From positions 1,675 through 65,674 of the forward strand of contig CAIJFH010000027.1 in the NCBI GenBank assembly GCA_903819895.1: 64,000 nt of DNA. The letters are read 5' to 3'. Positions 17,790-28,400 of the stretch are shown one piece after another. This DNA is from Candidatus Adlerbacteria bacterium. Lineage in GTDB: Bacteria > Patescibacteriota > Minisyncoccia > Phycocordibacterales > SBAW01. The notes under the pieces are model-generated. The model made no database searches, was not told the origin of the DNA, and saw nothing but the letters and a program-made list of their open reading frames with translations. Numbering within the stretch: position 1 is the stretch's first letter; each line of letters starts with the position of its first letter. A program made the translations under genes and the position numbers.

Positions 17790-17859
17790 CTGCGCATGAA
17801 TCCTTATGCGCAGAACCGCCGGCTAACGGAAACGTTAGCCGGCTTTCCATTTAATTTTA
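17790..17859 (+). terminator. Tandem hairpins (CTGCGCAT-gaatcctt-ATGCGCAG; CCGGCTAACG-gaaa-CGTTAGCCGG + T-rich) after candidate precursor peptide; possible attenuator/terminator
   Basis: Two perfect inverted repeats are seen directly. The second is followed by CTTTCCATTTAATTTTA. Confidence 0.4.
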
Positions 17860-17881
17860 TATATCATATACTGGAATATCT

Positions 17882-18730
17882 ATGAAAAAGATTATTTTAA
17901 AGGAGGATTTTGATGCAGAGATGCGTATTTTCCTTAATTTCTTGAACAGCAAAGAATATCCACAACATCGGAATATCATATTTTCTTGCTTCCCTGCATT
18001 GAAAGAAAAACTCGAGGCGAATGTCACAGATGAAAAATCGGTTGTTACGGCATTCATACAAGAGAAAAGGACACACAACGAACAAGCTATCCGGCAATCG
18101 GTTGCCTTTGTTAAGCATGAGCTAGAACAAAAAGGAGAGAAGACGTTAGAAATACTCGCCCAGCTGATGGATTATGTATGGGAATCTCAAGAGGATCCCT
18201 ACTTCTTGGTACCAACCATTTTCCCTCTGTCTCCCTTTAATAAGGATACATTCTTTTTCTCGATATACCCATCACTGCAAGGCAAAACAGAATATCCGAG
18301 AGTGCTGGCAGTTTCAGCTCACGAGATATCTCACATGATACTTCTCGACATCTTGAAAGAGCGAAACATACAGATGGGACAAGAACTGGTCTATTTTGTA
18401 AAAGAACTGATTGCTCCGGTGTTGGTATATCAAGATGATTTCGACGGTATGTTCAAGAAACAAATCGTGGGAAACTACAACGTGTTGGAGGTCTATTTTG
18501 AAGAAGGCGGAAAGTCGGTAACGGCTTTCGATTATTTTCTTGCTATGTTCGCAAATAACAGAGCTGAGGGCAAGAAATTCAATGCATTCCTCGATAATAT
18601 GATCTCTGTTTGTAGAAAAATAGAGCAGGAGATACAGGACAAGAGAGCGTTTGATGACGAATACGGCACACGAATACTAAAAGAGCCGGAACTACTGGAG
18701 AAATTTAGGGAGCCTATCGTGTTGATGTAA
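17882..18730 (+). CDS. HExxH-motif protein (putative zinc metallopeptidase), AT-rich gene
   Basis: The motif AVSAHEISHMILLDIL is present in the product. GC is about 38%, far below the host. No other recognisable domain is present. The gene is co-located with the rSAM/SPASM and peptide genes. Confidence 0.55.
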   Translation: MKKIILKEDFDAEMRIFLNFLNSKEYPQHRNIIFSCFPALKEKLEANVTDEKSVVTAFIQEKRTHNEQAIRQSVAFVKHELEQKGEKTLEILAQLMDYVWESQEDPYFLVPTIFPLSPFNKDTFFFSIYPSLQGKTEYPRVLAVSAHEISHMILLDILKERNIQMGQELVYFVKELIAPVLVYQDDFDGMFKKQIVGNYNVLEVYFEEGGKSVTAFDYFLAMFANNRAEGKKFNAFLDNMISVCRKIEQEIQDKRAFDDEYGTRILKEPELLEKFREPIVLM

Positions 18731-18990
18731 AGGGTTTTCACCACTCTAATCCAATACACTCATTGTGTATCTCTTGTTGCGCATCCGCTAGGCGCACTCT
18801 AGGGCTTTTCGTAGCATAGAGCTGCTCTGGTAATACTCCCAGAATCGGGAAATATAGCTTTTTACAGAGTCCAATGTTTTAATGGCTGTGTCCACTACTT
18901 CGCTCACTGTTTACAGACAGTCGCCGTGTTTCTTTTTTGGCGTAATTCATGTACGCTGCCATCGGCTACGCACAAACAAGGAGAAAAACG

Positions 18991-19224
18991 ATGCTGCAAC
19001 ATCCGGAACCGAAGCAGGTATTGTACCTGGACTATCCCCTTGGTGATTCTAGGGACGCGCCCGAAGTGATCGAATACGTCGCGCGCATGTTCTCTGAACG
19101 AGGACTGCCCGTTGTGTTTTCTTTCTGCGGGATTGCCTACGAATTCAACGGCACAGAGACCGTGCCCGAATGTCTCGAAAAGTGGAGGTATCGGTACCAC
19201 GTCTCCATGGATCTTGATGATTGA
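18991..19224 (+). CDS. Hypothetical protein (78 aa)
   Basis: The RBS aaggag lies before ATG 18991. The ORF is followed by a strong terminator. Confidence 0.45.
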   Translation: MLQHPEPKQVLYLDYPLGDSRDAPEVIEYVARMFSERGLPVVFSFCGIAYEFNGTETVPECLEKWRYRYHVSMDLDD

Positions 19225-19234
19225 GACGCGAAAG

Positions 19235-19288
19235 ACCGCCGCTAAGCACGCTGTGCTTAGCGGCGGTTCGCTGTATTTATTTTTTAAG
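19235..19288. terminator. Bidirectional rho-independent terminator
   Basis: The hairpin ACCGCCGCTAAGCACG-CTG-TGCTTAGCGGCGGT is followed by TCGCTGTATTTATTTTTT. Its complement is A-rich, serving the convergent minus ORF. Confidence 0.7.
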
Positions 19289-19453
19289 CGTACTAAACAC
19301 CGCGCCCACACCTGCTACTTGTTTGGCGACTTGGTCGACGATGGCGGTCTTGATGGGGTAGAGGAGGGAAGTGGGGGTCGCGTGGCTGGCGACCGCGGCG
19401 CTGCCGTAGCCGATGGCGGATAGGAGAATGAGCGAGCCGATGATTGTTGGCAT
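19277..19453 (-). CDS. Hypothetical small hydrophobic protein (58 aa)
   Basis: The product is MPTIIGSLILLSAIGYGSAAVASHATPTSLLYPIKTAIVDQVAKQVAGVGAVFSTLKK (signal/TM). Confidence 0.35.
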   Translation of the reverse strand: MPTIIGSLILLSAIGYGSAAVASHATPTSLLYPIKTAIVDQVAKQVAGVGAVFSTLKK

Positions 19454-19513
19454 ACAGCTAGTATATACCAACTTTCGCCAAGGGCTCTGGTGTGCTAGGA
19501 TGGGCGCATTGGT

Positions 19514-20329
19514 ATGGAGAAAAGCGGTTTACATATATCGCTCGCGGCGGAGCGGCTTGGTACGTTTTTGACGATACCAATCACCAACACGCTCGTTGCC
19601 GAGTTGACGGTCACGGTCGTGCTGCTTGCCACCGCCTTTTTGGTTGGGCGCCGTCCTACGTTGATCCCCGGCGCAGTGCAGAATTTTTTTGAGTCACTTG
19701 TCGAGTTTGTGCTCGGCTATATGGAGGGCGTGCTCGGCTCGCGTGCGCTCGCCGTCAAATTCTTCCCACTCGTCATCACCATCTTTCTGTTTATCGCGAC
19801 CTCCAACCTCTTCGACTTTTTGCCATTTGTTGGCAGTGTCGGCTTTATCCACCCGGGCAGCGAGTTTGTGCCACTCTTCCGCCCCGTCAACACCGACCTC
19901 AACGTCACGCTCGCGCTCGCGATTATTGCGGTAATCTCGATCGAGGTGTCTGGCATCGTCGCCGTGGGCTTTTGGCGCTACGCGGGCAAGTTCTTCAACT
20001 TCTCCTCACCGCTCAACTTTGTGGTCGGCATCATCGAGTTTGTTTCCGAGATGTCGCGATTCATCTCCTTCTCCTTCCGTCTCTTTGGCAACATCTTCGC
20101 GGGCGAGGTGTTGCTTGCGGTCGCGGGCTACTTTATGCCCTACCTCTTGCCGGTGCCCTTGATGGCGTTCGAGACCTTTATCGGCGTTGTCCAAGCGGCA
20201 GTGTTTGCACTCCTCACGCTCTTCTTTATCAAGCTGGCGATTGCTATGCCACACGGAGCAGAGGAGAGTCACCACCACACATCGAACGAGGCACCTGTCT
20301 CGGTCGAGGGTGCGGTTGTGAGCCAGTAG
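19514..20329 (+). CDS. atpB: F0F1 ATP synthase subunit a
   Basis: A polytopic protein with the conserved FSFRLFGNIFAGEVLL (essential Arg) is encoded. Confidence 0.9.
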   Translation: MEKSGLHISLAAERLGTFLTIPITNTLVAELTVTVVLLATAFLVGRRPTLIPGAVQNFFESLVEFVLGYMEGVLGSRALAVKFFPLVITIFLFIATSNLFDFLPFVGSVGFIHPGSEFVPLFRPVNTDLNVTLALAIIAVISIEVSGIVAVGFWRYAGKFFNFSSPLNFVVGIIEFVSEMSRFISFSFRLFGNIFAGEVLLAVAGYFMPYLLPVPLMAFETFIGVVQAAVFALLTLFFIKLAIAMPHGAEESHHHTSNEAPVSVEGAVVSQ

Positions 20330-20390
20330 CTGCGTGTTTTTAGTGAGGAAGTGTGTTAGAGTGGGCGCATTAGGAGATTAGTTCGCGTAA

Positions 20391-20633
<243 letters not shown>

Positions 20634-20654
20634 CCAGTTTACTTCGCATCCCGT

Positions 20655-21098
20655 ATGAACGCATTACTTGCTGCATTTGGTATCGATTGGCGCTTGCTGC
20701 TGATTAACCTGCTCAACTTTGGCCTGCTCTTTTGGCTATTGTCGCACTACTTGTACGGGCCGCTCACGCGGATGCTCGAGAGTCGCCGCGAGAAGATCGC
20801 CGAGGGTGTGCGCAATGCGGCCGAGGCCGAGCAAAAGCTGGAGGAGATTGCTGGCCTGCGCGCAGCGATGCTTGCTGACACGGGCAAGCAGGCCGACCAG
20901 TTGCTTGCCGACGCACGCGCCGTTGCTGCAGAAAAAGAGCGCAAAATCATCGCCGATGGCGAGGCAAATGCTGCGGTCATCATTAGTGACGCCAAGCGCC
21001 AAGCAGATGAGCTCCAGGCACAAGCGTTGGTCGAGAGCAAAAAAGAGGCGGCAAAGCTCATTGTGCTCGGGATGGAAAAACTCGCGCTCGGTAAATAA
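20655..21098 (+). CDS. atpF: F0F1 ATP synthase subunit b
   Basis: An N-terminal TM helix and a long charged Ala-rich coiled coil are encoded, in operon position. Confidence 0.85.
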   Translation: MNALLAAFGIDWRLLLINLLNFGLLFWLLSHYLYGPLTRMLESRREKIAEGVRNAAEAEQKLEEIAGLRAAMLADTGKQADQLLADARAVAAEKERKIIADGEANAAVIISDAKRQADELQAQALVESKKEAAKLIVLGMEKLALGK

Positions 21099-21103
21099 CC
21101 ACT

Positions 21104-21376
21104 ATGCACTACTCCGCCTATTATGCCCGCGCACTCTTTGACCTCGTCACCCGAGGTGGCGGGGCGAGCGAGCAGCAAGGGAGCATGTATCTCGAGAATC
21201 TCAAGCAGGTGCTCGCGCGACGCGGGCATCAATCGCTCTTGCCAAACATTTTTGCGGAGTATCAAAAGCTCGTACAACGCCGCGAGCGAGCCGCAAACCA
21301 GGCAAAGATAACCCCCGAGCGCGAGCGCACCAGAGTGCTGCTCGAGCTGTACCGCCGATTAGTAGCGACCCACTAG
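21104..21376 (+). CDS. atpH: F0F1 ATP synthase subunit delta, truncated (90 aa, N-terminal domain only)
   Basis: YARALFDLV matches the delta/OSCP N-terminus, and the gene is in operon position. It is about half the usual length. Confidence 0.7.
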   Translation: MHYSAYYARALFDLVTRGGGASEQQGSMYLENLKQVLARRGHQSLLPNIFAEYQKLVQRRERAANQAKITPERERTRVLLELYRRLVATH

Positions 21377-21383
21377 ACCAGTT

Positions 21384-22949
<1,566 letters not shown>

Positions 22950-22989
22950 TGCGTGCTGTACTGGTTGGCAGATAGAGTAGAACAAACGT

Positions 22990-25342
<2,353 letters not shown>

Positions 25343-25363
25343 TACGGAGGACGGACCTCCGTA
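25343..25363. repeat. Palindromic intergenic hairpin family with core GGACGGACC (copy after atpD; other copies 4565-4587, 42713-42733, 43423-43441, 49526-49546, 60637-60655; degenerate 45184-45202, 61659-61679, 62172-62188)
   Basis: The form is TACGGA-GGACGGACC-TCCGTA. The arms co-vary (CTACATA/TATGTAG in two copies) while the 9-nt core is constant in either orientation. Confidence 0.7.
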
Positions 25364-25372
25364 GTAGAAACT

Positions 25373-25621
25373 ATGAAAGTAATTATTGCAAAAGTTGATG
25401 AGACACTCTTCTCCGGCGACGCCGTGTCACTTACCGTGCCGGGGAGCGAGGGCGAGATGACGGTGCTCGGCGAGCACGAGCCGCTGGTGACGACACTGCG
25501 GCCAGGTGTCGCCATTATCCGCAGCACGCAGGAGGGAAGCAGTGAGTTTGCTGTGCGCGAAGTCGCGATCCCTGGTGGTCTGCTCGAAGTTCGCCGCGAT
25601 GGCGCGACCATCATCCTTTAA
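25373..25621 (+). CDS. atpC: F0F1 ATP synthase subunit epsilon, short form (82 aa, beta-sandwich only)
   Basis: The ORF is in operon position. The N-terminal beta-sandwich pattern is present. The C-terminal helical hairpin is absent. Confidence 0.75.
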   Translation: MKVIIAKVDETLFSGDAVSLTVPGSEGEMTVLGEHEPLVTTLRPGVAIIRSTQEGSSEFAVREVAIPGGLLEVRRDGATIIL

Positions 25622-25648
25622 TCGCCCCGTTCAATTTTATTTGCGCGT

Positions 25649-26386
25649 ATGCTACAACCAATCATCCTGGTCGCAGGCAAGGGGACGCGGATGCAGACCG
25701 CCGAGCCAAAGACCCTGTTCCCCCTCAAGGGCAAGCCGATGATCAACTGGCTGCTTGATATGCTCGCCGAAGTCGAGGGCGCAAAGTCGCCACTGATTGT
25801 CATCGGCCACAATGGCGACATGATCCGCGAGCGCGTGGGCGATGCCTACACCTATGTGACCCAGACCGAGTTGACCGGCCCCGCGTCGGGTGTGGCAGTG
25901 TGCGCGCCAATTTTTTCTACACAGAGCGACCCTGTCGTCATCCTCTATGGCGACAATCCATTTGTTGCCGCGGACACTATCCGTGCTGCAGAAAATATTT
26001 TCAATACCGAAAAAGCGACACTGGTGTTTGGTGTGGTCGAGGTGCCACACTTTGCCGACGAGTATGCAGCGTTCTACAAATTTAGCCGGATACTGCGCAA
26101 GGCGGACGGTACGCTCGACAGGTTGGTGGAGTATAAGTACACCACCGAAGAGCAGCGCCAACTGCGCGAGGTGAGCCCGGGTGTTTTTTGTATCGACCCT
26201 GTGTGGCTCGCAGGAGCACTCCCGCGTGTGGTGCCTGCGGGCGAAGGTGGCGAGTACTACCTCACCGACCTGATCCGCATTGCGCTCGAGGACGGAGTCA
26301 CGATCGCGACTGTACCACTCGCGCCGCGCGAAGGGGTAGGCATCAATAGTATCGAGGATGCCGCCTGCGCACAGTTTTTCCTTTAA
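25649..26386 (+). CDS. Sugar-phosphate nucleotidyltransferase (NTP_transferase fold)
   Basis: ILVAGKGTRM matches the GxGTR(M/L) pyrophosphorylase motif, and the topology is GlmU-N/RmlA-like. Confidence 0.7.
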   Translation: MLQPIILVAGKGTRMQTAEPKTLFPLKGKPMINWLLDMLAEVEGAKSPLIVIGHNGDMIRERVGDAYTYVTQTELTGPASGVAVCAPIFSTQSDPVVILYGDNPFVAADTIRAAENIFNTEKATLVFGVVEVPHFADEYAAFYKFSRILRKADGTLDRLVEYKYTTEEQRQLREVSPGVFCIDPVWLAGALPRVVPAGEGGEYYLTDLIRIALEDGVTIATVPLAPREGVGINSIEDAACAQFFL

Positions 26387-26443
26387 ATCCCAAACAACTT
26401 GCGAGTACTGTAATACAGTGCTAGCATATGAGTATTAACCTCA

Positions 26444-26480
26444 CTGCCCCTGCCGCAAGGCAAGGGCAGTTTCCGTTTTG
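26444..26480 (+). terminator. Rho-independent terminator
   Basis: The nested hairpin CTGCCCCTGCC-gcaa-GGCAAGGGCAG is followed by TTTCCGTTTTGG. Confidence 0.6.
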
Positions 26481-26496
26481 GCAGTATACTATTTGA

Positions 26497-27045
26497 ATGC
26501 TAAACATCGAGGATCGAGTTTCTGTATATATCGACGGCGGGAATTTCTTTCGACGAGTGCGTGAAGCCGGTCTTGCAAAAGGGAGTAGAATGGACTATCC
26601 GGCATTGATTAACTTTCTTTTGCGTAAGCGAACCCTTGTAAGCAAAGCGTACTATATCGGCGTGGTTAGAAATCATGACCAAACAGAGCAAAGTCAGCGC
26701 ATGGTGGAAGACCAGCAAAAATTTCTTGCAAAACTCGAAGCAGAAGGGTTTGGTATAAAACGAGGGAGAATCGTGTATGACCACAAGATTCGTGAAAAAG
26801 GAGTCGATGTGCAACTCGCAATCGATTTGGTAATTGGAGCAGCAGAGAATCAGTATGATACCGCCATTGTTGTGAGCTCTGATACTGATCTCATTCCTGC
26901 CATACGATATGTTCGCAGCAAGGGTAAGCAAGTGGAGTATGTAGGATTTTCGACCCACCCTTCTCTTGGTATGGCCAAGGAGAGTTCATTGAGCATTCTG
27001 TTGCTGCCTGAAGATATACAGCAAAAATTCGTGCTACACTTTTAG
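26497..27045 (+). CDS. NYN/LabA-like (PIN-fold) domain protein
   Basis: The motifs VYIDGGNFF, KGVDVQLAIDLV and VVSSDTDLIPAI are present. Local GC is lower. Confidence 0.7.
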   Translation: MLNIEDRVSVYIDGGNFFRRVREAGLAKGSRMDYPALINFLLRKRTLVSKAYYIGVVRNHDQTEQSQRMVEDQQKFLAKLEAEGFGIKRGRIVYDHKIREKGVDVQLAIDLVIGAAENQYDTAIVVSSDTDLIPAIRYVRSKGKQVEYVGFSTHPSLGMAKESSLSILLLPEDIQQKFVLHF

Positions 27046-27046
27046 T

Positions 27047-27268
27047 ATGTTTGCGTCGTTGTTTGGACATAAAAAATCAGGCCGCCCGCCGATACCGCCC
27101 GCACCGCGGCCAAACGTTAGTGCCGCAGTTGCTACAGACGCCCATGCAGTTGCCATGGCTGCGCCACCACCTCCGCCACCATCGGGCGCGTCGGCAACAG
27201 GGTCGGAGCATTCTGGCCTGCGTGGGGTGACGGTGATGCCGCGCAATCCAGCCGAATTAAAAAAGTAA
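27047..27268 (+). CDS. Hypothetical Pro-rich small protein
   Basis: The ATG lies 1 nt after the NYN stop. The product is PPIPPAPRPN...APPPPPPSGASA. There is no homology basis. Confidence 0.3.
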   Translation: MFASLFGHKKSGRPPIPPAPRPNVSAAVATDAHAVAMAAPPPPPPSGASATGSEHSGLRGVTVMPRNPAELKK

Positions 27269-27295
27269 CAATACGCACCGCTTATCGTATCTACC

Positions 27296-27910
27296 ATGCA
27301 GCTCTTTCGCGACTATCCAAAAAAGAAAATTGTACTCTTGTTGGGGCATCCCGACGCATCACCGACACTCTGCAGTGAGCTCGCGTTGCTGTACGAGACC
27401 GCAGCAAAAAAGGCGGGCCACGAGGTGCGGCGATTCAACCTGGCCGAGATGCACTTTGACCCGATTTTGCATCAAGGGTACAAAGCGCGCCAAGAGCTCG
27501 AGCCCGACCTGCTCGCGCTGCAGGAGGCAGTGCGCTGGAGCGAGCATGTGGTGATTATCTACCCCACGTGGTGGTGCTCGATGCCAGCGCTGCTCAAGGG
27601 TTTGTTTGACCGCGCATGGCTCCCAGGGTTTGCATTCGCGATGTACAAGACCGGTTGGCGAGCCAAGTTGAGCATGAGTGCGCCGCTCTTGTCGGGCAAA
27701 ACCGCGCGTGTCATCACCACGTCGGCCGGGCAGCCGTTGCTCCTCGCACTCTTCCAAGCAAATCACACCGCTGTAATCCGCAATAGTATTTTGCAACTGG
27801 CGGGCATCAAGACGCGCGTGTTGCGGATCGGCCCGGCACTACTCGCGCCCGAGTGGCGACGCCAAGAGTGGCGCAAGCACGTTGCCTATTTGGGGCGCTT
27901 GGGCGAATAG
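27296..27910 (+). CDS. Flavodoxin-like NAD(P)H-dependent oxidoreductase (FMN reductase/quinone reductase family)
   Basis: KIVLLLGHP...GHEV...HVVIIYPTWW shows the Flavodoxin_2/NAD(P)H dehydrogenase (quinone) topology. Confidence 0.65.
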   Translation: MQLFRDYPKKKIVLLLGHPDASPTLCSELALLYETAAKKAGHEVRRFNLAEMHFDPILHQGYKARQELEPDLLALQEAVRWSEHVVIIYPTWWCSMPALLKGLFDRAWLPGFAFAMYKTGWRAKLSMSAPLLSGKTARVITTSAGQPLLLALFQANHTAVIRNSILQLAGIKTRVLRIGPALLAPEWRRQEWRKHVAYLGRLGE

Positions 27911-27945
27911 TGCAGCGCTTTACAAACCAAGAGTAGGAGTGTAGC

Positions 27946-28392
27946 GTGTGCCTAATGGTGAGAAATGGCATGCTTTTTTTGGGTTGCATCGTCTGTATTG
28001 TGGTATGCGCTGCTGCCTATTTTCATGCAGCGATATATGCCGAGATGGATTCGTGGTTGCTCATCCCGCGCCCCGAGCATTTTACCGAGTTGTCGTTTGA
28101 TAACTACACCGCTACTGCGGCGCATATTCCAAAACATGCCGCGCGGGGTCAACGTATCCCGTTTTCGTTCACCATCCACAATGTCGAAGGGCGCACCATG
28201 ACCTACACCTACGACGTGTTTGTTGTCGTGGGGCACAGCACAACAACAATCAATAGTGGTACGATCGCGGTGCCAGATGGCGCGGCGGTGCATATCCCTG
28301 AGGTGTATGTCGTGCGGGGGGCAGGTGACGCAGTGGTGTCGGTGTCATTACCCGAGCAGCAAGAATCGCTGCACTTATCGGTGCCGCAATAG
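27946..28392 (+). CDS. Hypothetical membrane-anchored protein
   Basis: An N-terminal TM helix (LFLGCIVCIVVCAAAYF) is followed by a beta-rich domain. No motif is recognisable. Confidence 0.45.
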   Translation: MCLMVRNGMLFLGCIVCIVVCAAAYFHAAIYAEMDSWLLIPRPEHFTELSFDNYTATAAHIPKHAARGQRIPFSFTIHNVEGRTMTYTYDVFVVVGHSTTTINSGTIAVPDGAAVHIPEVYVVRGAGDAVVSVSLPEQQESLHLSVPQ

Positions 28393-28400
28393 ATGTTGCC

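Noticed and set aside
15691-18900. Calling the tRNA-adjacent low-GC islet a mobile element
   Set aside because: No integrase, transposase or flanking full att duplication was found. Only compositional deviation and a local tRNA-Pro 3' repeat were seen, so it is reported as a finding, not a mobile_element feature.
18904-19311. 135-aa minus-strand ORF opposite the 78-aa plus ORF
   Set aside because: The plus ORF has an aaggag RBS and ends at a strong plus-strand terminator. The minus ORF lacks signals and is Arg/Cys-rich.
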